Assembly (NCBI RefSeq): GCF_964194155.1
Contig: NC_135894.1
Location: forward strand, 78,306,001-78,370,000
Length of the DNA: 64,000 nucleotides
Direction: 5' to 3'
Source of the DNA: Cetorhinus maximus
Taxonomy: Eukaryota
Positions 38,471-51,872 of the stretch are shown one piece after another (position 1 is the stretch's first letter; every line of letters starts with the position of its first letter). The notes beneath the pieces were generated by a model. That model was not told the origin of the DNA. It searched no databases and saw only the letters and a list, made by a program, of their open reading frames with translations. The position numbers and the translations under genes were made by a program.

Positions 38471-38618
38471 AGGGTGAATTTTCACTCTTACTTTCAGAAA
38501 TCAGCTGCATGATTCAGACTCTGTCTAATTTTAAATTCTACTGACTTCCCTTCACTAGTCCTGCTCCCCACCCCCACCACCACCATTTTCCAACCAGTGA
38601 TAAGTGAGAATTCACCCC
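38471..38618. mobile_element. Tiny MITE-like element
   Basis: Inverted termini gggtgaattttcact / agtgagaattcaccc. TSD ambiguous. Confidence 0.5.
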
Positions 38619-40899
38619 AGGCAATGTGTGACCAGCTGAGGTGGCTGACAATGAGGCAGGTAAGAGTGGAAGCATAAAATAAACCTGGCAAATTTATTTA
38701 TCCTTTGAATACTTGACATGTGAACATTGAAAAGCCAAGAAACAATTAAAACACAGAAAAGTTCATTAGCCGGGATGAACATACAAGCTACCCTTCTCTG
38801 ACTCAATGAAGGACTGAAGGAAACATATTGTTAACATAACAAAAAGAAGATTTTATTAATTTATTAACTGTAGATGAAATCCTGGTTACAGCCTTATAAA
38901 AACATCTTGTCAAGGATCAGACTGAAAAATGCACCATATTTATTAACGTGTAGTCTCAGAGTATTTACACTAATGGACAAGGAGGTATATATTAATTAGT
39001 GATTAATGCACAACAGTATTAGTCTAGGCAGGAGGGAAAAAACCTGATTGCTGACATTAATCCTAATGTGCATTAAGGATGTTTGTTCCTAATCACTTCC
39101 CACCTAGGTACTCTTCCACATTTAAAAAAAATGCACGAGCTGCAAACAACCAATAATACACACTCAAAACATATAAACTTCTGTCAGTGTTGGTCGACAT
39201 TGATTTTATAAGTAATGAGAGCCAAAACTAACTGATTTACATTTATGAAATAATCCGACTGGATACACAGCCTGGTTTAAGTCAATTTATCTTTTAGCTA
39301 CTTTATGGAAACACAAAATAAAAATAGGTTAATGAGTCTATGTCATGCCCTGGTCTATTTTAGACCAGTTTTCCCAAGGACAGATATGAATAAAGAATTT
39401 CTTTGAAAGTTGGGCTTTTAAAAAGCAAATGGCTGTGTTTTTCTCCATAATCTAGACGCGCTCCTGAGGTGAAATAAGAGGAAAAACGAGGCAAGAACTG
39501 ACATCCTTGCCCTGACCCGGATTTCCTTTCCTCTGCTGCTGGCTGCCTTTACCCCTCCCGCCTCCTGCCAATGGTGGCAGTGGGGTACAGCCCAGGACCC
39601 TCGTGGATTTTCCTGAAGTCCTACCGCTGCCTGTCATGTGCAGAGTGGTGATAGACCACAGGAACCCCCCAGTAATAGCCCTGAGATGCTGCTGTAGGAA
39701 GAGGGCACCTCGGGGTTACCTACTATGGTGGTTATATTCTGGGAGGTTTTGTCATATGACCTCCTGCCCCCATCACCTGAAACACCCGTTTCAACAGGAA
39801 AACCAAACAACTGTTTGTTACCTGTTTGGATGATTCTTGACTGTCAACTAAACGGCCTATTTGCGACCTTCCTCTCCCAAATACTTTTATAACTAATAAA
39901 CTGAAGTGTTCAAGGAAATTGGAAGAAGACACACCATCTTTTTTAACAGCCCTATGATATTTTTTCTCCAATTTTGCTTTCAGCAGTGTCTGGGAGAATA
40001 ATCTTCCTTTCTGGGAGATTCCAGGATAATCTTGGCAGGCTGGCAAACCTAAGTATCAGCCTCCTCTCCCTCCAATATAGCTCCAATACCTTACTGTATA
40101 TGCCTTAGTCCTTCCATGGGCCAACTATGCTCTCATTCTCTGATTAAATGCTCTCCTGCCACCAAACGTGCCATGGTGAAGGGCATCAGATTCCACCAAC
40201 GATATCTGTTTCAGATCTTATTGTTGCAATGAGCTTTTTGAATTCTGTTCTCAGTTTTCATAAGTGTTCTTTCCCTTTAATGTCTTGGGTAAATGAGTTC
40301 TTTGACCAACCGAACTGTAACTGCATGCCTTCGTATGTTCTCATCAATTACTGCTTGCAATTACCAATGGAGAGAGACTGATGTAAGGATAAACAGTGAT
40401 GGTTTATTGAGACATAGGGCAGAGCATATGTGCTCACTCAGAAACCTCCAGAAGGAGACTTACAGTTCCCAGTTGCCTGCACTGTACAGTGATTCGTCAG
40501 TGCTGTCACATGATCAGTACACTTGCATTCTCTTAAAGGGACAGTTACTTTATCACACCCCTCATGTTTGCTGTATCATCGGATAGGCTCAGATCATTGT
40601 GCTTTCCCCCATTAACTAACCTGGTAATGTGTCCTTGAAGTCAACTTACTAACTAACTAAAATAGAAAGTACAGATTAATCAGAATTTGAAAGACATCAG
40701 GGCAGATAAGATTCAAATTCTCATCAACCTGCTGAACATTTCTAGTACTTAGAACTACTTAGAAAATAATACAAATGTTTTCATCCAACTGCGAAATGCA
40801 CAATATTTGTATCAAAAGGCTCACCAAAAATGTGCGCACACGATGCTGCACCTGCTCACCTTGAAGTGGCAGACTTGTCTTTCCTGCACAAGAGTCACA

Positions 40900-41016
40900 G
40901 AGCAGAATTTTACACCAGCGGGATTTTACGGTCCCGCTGAAGTGAATGGAGTTTAGAATGACTCACCGCATTTTACAGTCCCATTTCCACCATGGCGGGG
41001 CCACAAAATTCCAACC
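40900..41016. mobile_element. Tiny Harbinger-type MITE (about 117 bp)
   Basis: Termini gagcagaatttt / aaaattccaacc, flanks aca/ata. Confidence 0.5.
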
Positions 41017-41828
41017 ATAGAGTACTAAAAACCACTGTTACTTGTGCTATTTCAAAGCACTCTTTATATAAGGGGGCAGGTCTATGGTTGAGAATCCTCT
41101 ATTAATTCTCAGTTAGTTTTCCACAGTTTTCCCTGTCCTGTGTCTGACTGGTCCATCTTAACTGTATACTGACTGAACCTCAGTCTTTTCAGTTGCTCCT
41201 ACTATATTCTGCCTACCTTTTGTATTATCATTTGAAACAACACTGCTTGGCGTCTGTGATAGGGCCTAATGTAGAATGTAGAATCATAGAATAGGCGCAG
41301 CTCAGGATCGTTCATGCTGACTATGCAACTAGTTCGCTGTCATGTGGCCATCGCCTCTTAGAACAAGATGTAAAATCTGAAGTAAATAAGGTCAGGTGAT
41401 TCAATGAAATTATATTGGCATGAACTTTTAGGTTAGGTTAAAAAATATAAATCGAAATAGGAACATAACAGAAGTAGGTGCAGGAGGATGTCATTTTACC
41501 CTTCAAGCCTGCTTCACCATTCAATAAGATCATGGTCCATCTTCTACTTCAACACCACGCACTGTCTCCATATCCCTTAATTCCATTAGTTTCCAAAATG
41601 ATCAAACAAGGATATTCTAAATACCTTAAATATATGGAAGTGTATAAATTAAGCACTTATCAATGACAATAATTTGATTTGAGATAAATGTAAATATTCG
41701 TTTTCAATACAGAGGATGTGCCACAATCACTCTATCAATGGCATTGCATTGTAAGCTCAAAAGCAATACTCACTTGCATTCTAACTTAACGCAGCATTTA
41801 CACTCTCATATACTTATAATTTTATTTA

Positions 41829-42063
41829 TTATTCAATAAGAATTTGCCTTTGGAATTGCATCTCCATTTCTTCCTCAGGATAGTAAGAAGAGAAATAGGA
41901 TGGATGTTGTCTTAAACTAATACAGCCACCTTTCCAGGGGATGAAATCCTCAAAGCAGCCGTAAATATGGGCAAGTGGTCCATAGCCTTTGTAGTGATAC
42001 ACCACACCTTTATACTCACTTCTACTTCTTTTTGAGAAATTATTAAATAGAGGAAGATATGAC
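41829..42063 (-). CDS. Candidate host gene, terminal coding exon (SYLPLFNNFSKRSRSEYKGVVYHYKGYGPLAHIYGCFEDFIPWKGGCISLRQHPSYFSSYYPEEEMEMQFQRQILIE*)
   Basis: Non-repetitive 235-nt open frame after an ...aataacAG acceptor (42065-42064), phase 2. TAA stop immediately followed by AATAAA signals at 41830-41821. Confidence 0.55.
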
Positions 42064-42222
42064 CTGTTATTAATAATAATTTTTTGCCGACAAATCAAAC
42101 AATATATTTTGTAAAATTCTGCATTAATATAAAAACATGGCCACTTATTAATCACCGTGCCTCAATATTTTGAATTGTACTTTTGTTTGTGTCCCTGTAA
42201 CCTAACACTCATGGCAGGCATT

Positions 42223-42948
42223 GGGCAGAATCTTGTGCTCCCTCTGGTGGTGAGTTTGAAGGCGGGAAGGGCATTTACTTAGGCAGGGTGGCGGCATACT
42301 GGAATCCTGCCTTTTTTCCACTGCCACCAGAATTAAGTTCTGGGCAGGAAGGCCCATGGTTGATCTGCCTGCCCCGCCGCCAAGTGAGGTCCTTAAGTAG
42401 CAATTAATGACTGCTTAATGGTCTCATCCTGCCGCCACTCGTATTATCCCAGTGGCGGGGGGGCCTGTCATCATGCGGCATTCATGAAAGGTAAAGCCGT
42501 GTGGGCCGCTTGTCACTCAGGCAGTCCTTCGATCAAAGGCAATCTGCCTGACGTGGGTGGGGGGGGGGAGTGGGGAGCCAGATCCCTGCTCTTGCTTCTG
42601 ACCCCCTGACCCCTCTCCCGGCGACCCCCATCTGGCCACACCCCCACATTACTTACTTGTAGCCTGGATCCTACGTGATCCTGAGACTCTGGGGGGTGTC
42701 CTTCTGGCAGCAGCTGTGGCCTCCTCATAGGCCAAGTGCAAGAGCTGTTGACCTCTAATTGGTCAGCAGCCCTCGCTGGGTGGGACTTTCACACCTGGGG
42801 CCTTGATTCCAGGGGAAGGCCCAGTGGTGGCCTTGCCACTGCCTGATTGGCATGTGGTTCGGCGGCCTTCCAAAAAAAAGCACTGTGGGTCTCTTGCTGG
42901 CTCTCCAGGTGGCAGGCGAGACCCCCAACGCCATAACAAGATCTCACT
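42223..42948. mobile_element. Diverged Harbinger-type MITE
   Basis: Starts gggcagaatcttg. Body resembles 37718-38466, 48684-49373 and 56870-57530. Right end degenerate. Confidence 0.55.
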
Positions 42949-43230
42949 TGCAGGAGGTGTCTGGAAGATATAATAAGTCTCATAATGTTATTGGAATTTA
43001 TTGTAAAAGAGTGGTATCTGTGTCTGTATGTGTGTGTGTGTGTGTGTATGTGTGACTTAATTGGTTTAAAGGCAGCTGGTTTGAAGGCTTTGATGTAAAC
43101 ATGGTAAACATGGGAGAAGTTTATAATATAATGCATGAAATGACATTTGCATTTTTAAATAAACCAGAGTAGATTGTTTTCAAACGTGCGGTGAAATGTT
43201 TCACCAAGTGAGGTGAAGTTTAGAAACAGT

Positions 43231-43935
43231 GGGGAGAATTTTCTGCGTGTTAGGTGGGTCGGTTGTGAGCGGGGGCAGGCAGGTGTGGAGCCAATCGCTG
43301 TCCGCGATCCGCTGCTCGCCGCCCTTTTACGTGGGCAGGCCAATTAAGGCCCTCCCAGGGTGACGCACGGCCAGTAGCGCTCAGCGCTACCTGTGGTGGG
43401 CAGGGGGAGGAGGGAGAGTCAGGGCCTGCGCTCTTTCACGCATGCATACGAAAGAGTGCAGAAATCTCCCTGAGGCACGGAGCTGCCTCAAGGTGATTAA
43501 GTACGTAATAAAAGTTCAGAAATAATAAAGTTAAAACTTATTTAGACATACTCCCTCATGTGACAGTGTCACATGAGCTGGGACATGTTTATAAATTGTG
43601 CAAAAGTTATTTATTTATTTAATAAAACCTTCAGGAAAACTCATCCTGCCCTTGGATGAGGTTTCCTGAAAAACGCAAAGGCCTCTTGGGCTATTTGCCT
43701 GCCCGCCAACATTAAGGTTGGATGGGCAGCATTGAAAACTACTTTAATTAGGTATTTAATAGCCTTAAAAGGCCATTGACAGTTCTCAGCGGGTGCACAG
43801 CCGCCTCCGGCGCGCACCCGCCAAACATAATATCTAAATGATGTGCGCTGACACCGGGACGCACGCCCGACATCACCGCGCATCATTTTACATGTCCGTG
43901 TGCTGGGCCTGCATGCTGACGTCAAAATTCTGGCC
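43231..43935 (+). mobile_element. Harbinger-type MITE (about 700-bp family)
   Basis: Termini ggggagaatttt / aaaattctggcc. AGT duplicated at 43228-43230 and 43936-43938. Confidence 0.88.
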
Positions 43936-44267
43936 AGTGTGTTTATTTTTCCCAAAGATTACTGGTAAAATTTAGTGCTATGTGAGATTTTTATTATCAG
44001 GAAGATAAAGTCCAAAGACGTAGTGAAACAATGGGAATTTGCATTCAAAGGAGAAAATATGATTAAAGGAGTGAAGGCTGTGTGTAAGGGTAGGCATTTT
44101 TAAGATCTAATAAGTGTGAAAAGCCTTCAGCATCTATGCCTCAAGCTGCTGTTTTCAAAGAACTGAAGTTAAGAAAACTCACTTTGAATTCGACTGGTTC
44201 AGGGCATTGTGTGTCACCTTGCCTGGGTCTTTTGTGTCTTACTGTTGCCTTAATGAAAGTGTAACTG

Positions 44268-44857
44268 GAGGAAAAATGTTCCCCCTGTCAGGGAGGGTTG
44301 TGCGAGGCCAGGCGGGGGCTGGCGCAAACCCGATCGGTGGGTGTCCCGACGTCACCGCGCATCATTTAGATTTCCAGTTTGGCGGGTGCACAGCGCCCGC
44401 CAAACTGTCAAAGGCCTATTGAGGCCTGTTAAAAACTAATTTAAGCTATTAAATGAGCTGCCCGTCCAACCATAATGTTGGCGGGCAGGCGAAGAGCCCA
44501 GGCGGCCTTCACATTTTTCATGAAACCTCATCCACGGGCAGGATGAGGTTTCATGAAGAGTTTTAAAATTCAATAAAAAATTTAAAAACAATTCTTTGAC
44601 ATGTCCCAGCTCATGACAGTGTCACGCATTTTAAAAGTTTTCAATTACTTTATTTCGGTTTTTAAATGTCAAACTGATCTCCCTGAGGCCCACACAGGGA
44701 GCACTCAACACTTCCAGACGAGTATCACGCTGGGTGGGCCTTAATTGGCCCGCCCACGTAAAATGGCGGTGCGGCCCCGATTGGGGGCGCCGATCGGGTT
44801 CGCACCTGCCCCTGCCCGCCCCCGCACAACCCCCCGATGGGGGGAGAATCTTGCCCC
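44268..44857 (-). mobile_element. Harbinger-type MITE (about 700-bp family, reverse orientation)
   Basis: CTG duplicated at 44265-44267 and 44858-44860. About 70-bp imperfect terminal inverted repeats. Family hairpins present. Confidence 0.85.
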
Positions 44858-47800
44858 CTGAGTCGGGGCCATGCTGAAAGACATAAATAAATTATTAATG
44901 AGGGGGAAACGGCTGCTGTCGACGAGTTTTAGGAACAGGATTTGAGAGAATCCCACCTCCAGGAATCTTTAATAACTTACAGCTCATGGCAGCCCTGCAA
45001 TGAGATGGGTGCAGTAAGTCATTACTTTGCAAAGAGAAATTTTATTGACATAATAACACATTGTTTAAGGGCTAAAAATCAGGCTTTATTCACTGAAGCG
45101 TTGAGGCAAACCATATTAATCACATACTCTACATCCAAAATTGGCAAGCAATTCACTGGGTCTGAAACTATTTCCTAATGAGACAGTTTGTTTTTAAGTG
45201 TATAAATTATGTGCCATAAATTTTATAAATGTCTCGTTATTGCAAAGATCTGGAAATGAAAAATATATCACACTTGTTTAGTTGAAATTCAGTTCGCCAT
45301 TTAGCAGCCTTCTTTTAAATAAACTCCTTCAAACCTTTGATCTTCATGCAGTAATTTTCCTCCTCAGGTTAGATCACTAAAGAGTGAACAGCAGTGAGGC
45401 TCTATGTCTTCTGAGACTATACCAAAAATGTATTTAGTAGTAGAAATATGGTGAAGTTTGAATGCGGTTTTCAAGCTTAAGAGCAAATTGCTAGGAGCAA
45501 GCACAGATTCTCACCATGGCTCAGTATTTCAACATTACTTGTGTAAAGGGCATTTTAAAAAGACTCAAAGGATAAGCACACATTATTCATTATTCCTTAC
45601 CTTATAGTAACTGTAAGCAATTTTATTGTCCTTATGCCCATAATGAAATCCCACTTTAAACATATAATCATCACATATAACAATACATTTCCCCAAATTA
45701 TTTTTTATTGCCTAGCATGTCTAATAATGTTAGTCATCAGTCATCTCTTACACACTAACAACTTATTTTAAGTGATTTTAATTTGTTTAATGGGCTTTTA
45801 ACTAGATTTGTTTCCAGCCTGAATGATTGTTTGCCAAAGAACAAATTGGCTATTATTTTTTTTGAAACAACTGATTAAAATTTTGATGCAAAGATAACAT
45901 TTCTTGACAGATTAGTTGTGCATTGATCAGAAGTTACATTTAGTTCAGCATCATGTATCACAAAATTTATCACGCCTCAAGTTCGCCTCAATCACCTCTT
46001 GCCCTCTGCAGAATTAAATATGTTCAGGTGAGTTGGTTGGTCAATGATCCTAATCCAGTCTGAATTCAGGATGTCACAAGAAACATACCAGTGCTGTTCC
46101 ATACTCTTTTTTTTTAAATCAGAATTTGTTTTCTCTTTGTCCCATTTGGCAGAATGGGCAATGTTCTCCCAGGCCTTGTCTTGTGTTAGTTTATGATTGG
46201 ATATTAACTTTAAAAGAATTCCTTTCCTGTCTGCTGGAAATGCCTGTGTTCTGACAGCTGGAAGTCTTTCAAAAACTGCTCGCAGCTAAAAACGTATATT
46301 AAAAGGACATATAGAGATAATAAAAGATAGAAAAAGGAAACCAAAATACAGATATGCGCAATTCCAGACGAACGGTTAGGACATAATTGTCAAGGATGAA
46401 GTGAGGCCCATCAAAATGTTCCTCTAGTACCTCAACTCTACCCAACCCCAGACCCCTCATTCCTTCCATGCCAACCTATGCCCCCCCACCCACCCTCCAT
46501 GGCCCTTTATAGCCCCTATGCCAACTTAGTGCCAACCCAACACTCCTTTCCCTTAAATCTACCATGCCAACTCACCCAGTTTCCACCATGGGCAGACCTC
46601 AGGGCCCATGCTGAGATTAAAGCTCTTAAATGCCTCTTGATGAATTCACTATTTCAAAAAAACACACACTCATTGAAAAACACTCATTCACTACATTTAA
46701 CTTCCTTTAATCCCATATGAAAACAAGTATTGTATTCATAGTCGAATTTCAAACAGTGCATAACCACTTGGAGCTGTCAATCAAACTGAACTGACATGCA
46801 CCCTGCTGTGATAATGATAGGTTGTGAAATCAGTCATGCAACACTAATCATGTAAGAATCATCTTCAGGGTAATGTCAACAGAGTGAAACAGCAAGCACT
46901 AGTGAGGGTCAAATAAGATGCAGATCTAGAGAATTATCCAACCGAAGAAAAAATAGGACTCCAAGACAATTTAACGGGATGTGAAAATAAATTACATAAT
47001 TATAAGGAAAAAGCAAAACAAGCTTCAGTATCACAAGAAATGGTGCAATTAATCACTGCAATATCAATAGAGTTGGAAAATAAATTTGTGGTACCTTGTC
47101 TTGTCTTCCTTATTTTACAGGCTCTTCAGCAGAATCTCCATTTGTTAAATTTGTTTATGGTATCTGTATGGTTATTTGTATCTGGTGGATTAACAACTAC
47201 AAACCATGCAATAGAGCTTCAGCAGTTATCCCTCTGGGTCTCATTAAAAGTGGAAGAGATACAAATCTGTCAGTTAATATCTTTTGAAATAATTTTTCCA
47301 TTGTATTATGCATCGTTGTGCCTGTGTGAATTTTGTCTCCGTGTTTTGTTTTCTTGAGCATAAGAAACCAATAAAAAGAAGCAGATTAATTAATAATCGT
47401 TCAAATGTATCTTAGCGCATCAGAAGATTTCAAAGCACAAATGAATTACTTTTAGAGTACAATGACCATTATGCAGGCAATTAATTGCAACTGACTAGCA
47501 GGTTCAACCATTATAAAATATTTGTATTCTAAGGCTATAAAACACGCATCTTGACCAATATTCTATTTATATTAATAGGGATTGTCCAAACTGTTTATAT
47601 TAATCTTTGTCGATTATAGTTGGCAGCACAATTATTCTGGAGCTTTTTATATTTGATGGGTTGGGGAAACTGCAGTATAAATGGGGAATAAGATCAATAA
47701 TCTGACAATATATCTCATTCTGTAAACATTGTAAAACCAACTCCAGGAGGCAAACTTACACTATTTTGGACTAACATTGACAATTGTATAACTGCAGCTC

Positions 47801-48344
47801 TACAAGATAAAGTTTGAAAAGCTGTGTTGGACCACTGGGAAATATGTTCATGTTACCAATGAGGGGAATTGCTCTATCCTAACATGTTAAAAACCAACCT
47901 ACACGATTGGAACACAGGGTACATACTTTACTTTGCCTGGCCAGACAGGGATGTGAGGCTGGTGGTACAGTTCATTTCTACTAACTTTAAATCACAGAAT
48001 CATATAACAGAGACAGAGGCCATTCAGCCCATGGCTCACATACTCCCTCTCTGAAAGAGCTACAAATTATTCCCAGCCCACTGCTTTTTTCCCATGCCCT
48101 GGATTTTTTTCCTTTCCAAGTTTAAGAGTTTTGCACCTCTTTAAAGCAGTTACTGCTGCCATACTGCCTGCATCCTTAAGGCACTATCATAATCTGAGCA
48201 TTGGACTTCCACACAAATTTTAATCCTCTGCTTAAAAAGGGCAAAGTGTAGCTCAGATGTTCATTGTTGTTAGAGTGTGTACAGATCAGATTTTTCTTCA
48301 CATTTTTGTCAAAAAAAAAATCAAATGTAGAACAAACAGTTCAC

Positions 48345-48394
48345 CATTCTGTCCCAAAATAGGCCATCAATTTCTTCATGTTAAAGTTCCAATA
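48345..48394 (-). CDS. Candidate host gene, internal exon (YWNFNMKKLMAYFGTE+TG)
   Basis: tttgttttcAG acceptor and GTGAAC donor. 50 nt, only frame 0 is open. Phase 0 to 2 joins the terminal exon as TG|G = Trp. Confidence 0.5.
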
Positions 48395-48683
48395 CTGAAA
48401 ACAAATAGACGACTTGCAGGTCAGCATTATTCTTTTCTATAATGTGAACTTTTTTATGATGAATTGCACCTAAACTTCTCTAGGTTTGACTGTGACCAGG
48501 GAAGTTTCCAGGCACCATGCTGGGAGTAGGAGAACACTTGGCAGTGGTTTCAAATTAGCCCTGGGCCGGTGCTGTAATTTTTAAAGAGTGCAAATGGGGA
48601 TGCAACTGACTGGATTGTTCTACAGACAACCAGCCTGGACCTGATGGGCCAATTGGCCTCCTTTTGTGCCTTAATGACTCTAT

Positions 48684-50757
48684 GGCCAGGATTTTACCAG
48701 ATCTTTGGAGATGGGGTTGGAGGCAGGAGGGCTAGTAAAATGACAGCAGAAGGGGTCAGGAAGGAAGAATTGCACAGGCAATTTCAAAAGGCAGAAATGG
48801 CAGTAGCTTAGTCAACCACTAAGAGAGTGTCCGGCGGCAATCAGTTGCCAACAGGTTAGTCCTCCTGGTGGCCACTGCTGGGACTGCAAGTGAAAGAAGG
48901 CAGCGCAATGGAAAGACACCACCTCCCAACTAGGCAAGTGGGATCTGGGGGCATTGGAGCCAGTCAGGCAGGGCCCCGTCAGCGGGTGGGTGTCGGTGAG
49001 GGCAGGTGGTGATGTTGCCGCGGGGGCGCAGAGGAGACCCTCCATGTGCACAGAGTGCCTGAATAGGAAGTGTCCACTCTGCCCCAGGCTTGCAGGAAGG
49101 CTGCCAGAGTTCATCAGGTCATCTCCCCGCATGGCGGAAGGCTCAACCCTCCCTTCCCCCAACACTGCTATTAAAATGCCAGTAGCGACAGGAAGAAACC
49201 CTTAATTGGCCACTTAAGTAGCTTAATTGGCCTTTGTGTGGGAGGACCAAACTCCACCTTCCCGGCTGCTGGTAAAATGGCATGAGGGTGGGAAGAGGAT
49301 GGGCACTCCACCCCCATGCCTTCCCTCACCTCCCCACCTCTTACTCCGTCTCCAGAGGGCTGGTGAAATCTAGTCAGCCTGACGTCGGTAGTGGGGAAAA
49401 TTCTAGAGTCCATTATAAAAGATTTAATTGCTGAGCACTTGGAAAACAGTGGCAGAATCAGACAGAGTCAGCATGGATTTACGAAAGGGAAATCATGCTT
49501 GACAAATCTACTGGAAATTTTCGAGAAAGTAACTAATAGAGTTGATGAGGGGGAGCCAGTGGATGTGGTTTATTTGGACTTTCAGAAGGCTTTCGACAAA
49601 GTCCCACATAAGAGACTGGCGTGTAAAATTAAAGCGCATGGGATTGGGGGTAGTGTATTGAGATGGATAGAAAACTGGTTGACAGACAAGAAACAAAGAG
49701 TAGGAATAAACAGGTCTCTTTCCGAATGGCAGGCAGTGACTAGTGGGGTACCACAGGGGTCGGTTCTGGGACCCCAGCTAGTCATAATATATATTAATGA
49801 TTTAGATGAGGGAACTAAATGTAATATCTCCAAATTTGCAGACGACACAAAGCTGGGTGGGAGGGTGAGCTGTGAGGGGGATGCAGAGATGCTTCAGTGT
49901 GATTTGGACAAGCTGTGTGAGTGGGCAAATACATGGCAGATGCAGTGTAATGTGGATAAATGTGAGATTATCCACTTTGGTAGCAAAAACAAGAAGGCAG
50001 ATTATTATCTGAATGGCTATAAATTGAGAGAGGGGAATGTGCAACGAGACCTGGGTGCCCTCGTACACCAGTCGCTGAAGGTAAGCATGCAGGTGCAGCA
50101 GGCGGTAAAGAAGGCAAATGGCCTTCATAGCGAGAGGATTCGAGTACAGGAGCGGAGATGTCTTGCTGCAATTATACAGGGCCTTGGTGAAACCACACCT
50201 GGAATATTGTGTGCAGTTTTGGTCTCCTTATCTGAGGAAGGATGTTCTTGCTATAGAGGGAATGCAGAGAAGGTTTACCAGACTGATTCCTGGGATGGCG
50301 GCACTGACATATGAGGAGAGATTGAGTCGGTTAGGATTATATTCGCTGGAGTTCAGAAGAATGAGGGGGATCTCATAGAAACCTATAAAATTCTAACAGG
50401 ACTAGACAGGGTCGATGCAGGAAGGATGTTTCCGATGGTGGGGGAGTCCAGAACCAGGGCCACAGTCTGAGGATACGGGGTAAACCATTTAGGGCTGAGA
50501 TGAGGAGAAATTTCTTCACCCAGAGAGAGGTGAGCCTGTGGAGTTTGCTACCACAGAAAGTAGTTGAGGCCAAAACATTGTATGTTTTCAAGAAGGAGTT
50601 AGATATAGCTCTTGGGGCGAAAGGGATCAAAGGATATGGGGAGAAAGCGAGAGCAGGCTATTGAGTTGGATGATCAGCCATGATCATAATGAATGGCGGA
50701 GCAGGCTCGAAGGGCCAAATGGCCTACACCTGCTCCTATTTTCTATGTTTCTAGGCC
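48684..50757. mobile_element. Harbinger-type MITE whose right TIR is interrupted by a CR1
   Basis: Left end ggccaggattttacc. Right end ggtgaaatctag|CR1|gcc. TAT duplicated at 48681-48683 and 50758-50760. Confidence 0.75.
49374..50749 (+). mobile_element. Young 5'-truncated CR1 LINE (RT domain and 3' UTR)
   Basis: 307-aa ORF with QHGFTKGKSCLTNL, DFQKAFDKVPH, GVPQGSVLGP and FADDTK. One frameshift near 50118. Tail ttctatgtttct. TCTAG duplicated at 49369-49373 and 50750-50754. Confidence 0.96.
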
Positions 50758-51339
50758 TATGACTCATTGAAAGCCATCACTCCCACTTAAGAGCATTATT
50801 TTGTGGAAAGGAGGGAGTCTGTTGCCATCTTGCAAGAAAGATTTTTAAAATCACCCTGACACTTGTTGCAAATAAAATAAATTGTTATTTTTAATGAACC
50901 ACCATTTTACTTACACCTAAGCAGAAACTGCATGGTTTTCCTTCTGTAAATCAGAAATGCTGCAAGTGTGTGTATGCACTGTTATTGGTGATGTCCACAA
51001 ATTTGATTGATTCCAGCACAGGTACAACAGGTATGAAAATGTGTTGAACAACCAAAAATTCAATATCAGTTGTTGAAAGAGAGAACAGCACTAAACAATC
51101 ATAGCTGTTTATAATATTAGCCAGTAACATTAGTTACAGCACAGCAGGGTAACAGTTGTGCTATTAGATGAGTAATCCAGAGTCCTGGACTAATGATTGA
51201 GTAACCTGAGTTCAAATCCCACTGCAGCAGTTGGGGAATTTAAATTTGGTTAATTAATTTTAAAAATAAACCTGAAATTAAAGCTATTAGTCATCTGGTA
51301 GTACAGAACTTGAGTATTGCTGAAAAAAGAGACATATTT

Positions 51340-51373
51340 TGTCAAAGCTTTTTGTCTTGCACTCATCAGGACA
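51340..51373 (-). ncRNA. Degenerate minimal hammerhead ribozyme motif
   Basis: TGTC-CTGATGA-GTGCAAGAC-AAAA-AGCTTT-GACA: stem I TGTC/GACA intact, GAAA box mutated to AAAA. Confidence 0.5.
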
Positions 51374-51838
51374 ATTCGCAGGAATACCAATGTCAAGGCA
51401 AACAACTATTGCATTCTGCAATTGGACATTATTTGCTGAATAATCCTCAATGTGCTAAGAATTAAGCTGACAATAAATTTAAGATTGTCAGTGTGACATA
51501 TTTGCGTGTACTGGAAGCTACATATATTAATACACAGGGCCCTGTTCTTTGCAGACAGAAAGAACATGTACACACATTTTGCCTGCTTCAGCTAAACAAA
51601 ATAAGTGGCAGCCATTCACTGGTTCATTCCCCAGGCCAATGTCTTGACCAATCAGAGTCAAGCTGCCTGGTTTAAATTTCAATCAATTCTTGGTAGTTAA
51701 CTGTCAGTCACCATCAACTGCTGCATTTTCCATGGCCATGCCTTTACCAATCAGAATCCACTTGCCAACCAATCAGCATTATCTTTTCATACAGTACAAA
51801 TTTGTTGTTTCCCGTGTTATTGGCATTTACGTCAGAAT

Positions 51839-51872
51839 TGTTTTGATGAGCGCAAGACGAAAAGCTTTGACA
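51839..51872 (+). ncRNA. Degenerate minimal hammerhead ribozyme motif
   Basis: TGTT-TTGATGA-GCGCAAGAC-GAAA-AGCTTT-GACA: GAAA intact, first C of CTGATGA mutated. Confidence 0.5.

Larger units (their letters stand above)
43002..45530 (+). mobile_element. LTR-like segment containing two MITE insertions
   Basis: TG start, (TG)n microsatellite, composition similar to 15312-16589, AATAAA at about 45318. Boundaries uncertain. Confidence 0.35.

Noticed and set aside
39821-39989. Minus-strand exon-like ORF (TLLKAKLEKKYHRAV...SSKQ|GT)
   Set aside because: Weak acceptor, no recognisable homology and no partner exons.
40380-40672. Short solo LTR
   Set aside because: TG...CA ends and a tttatt motif are present, but no TSD could be confirmed.
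47121-47357. Strong + strand acceptor (ttccttattttacAG) followed by ORFs and an AATAAA at about 47370
   Set aside because: No compatible upstream + strand exons were found and the peptides are unrecognisable. Left uncalled, though it could be a real terminal or non-coding exon.
50915-50943. 29-nt minus-strand micro-exon candidate (tttacAG...GTAAGT)
   Set aside because: It contains TAG in the frame required by the candidate gene. It could be an alternative or poison exon, but this is unsupported.
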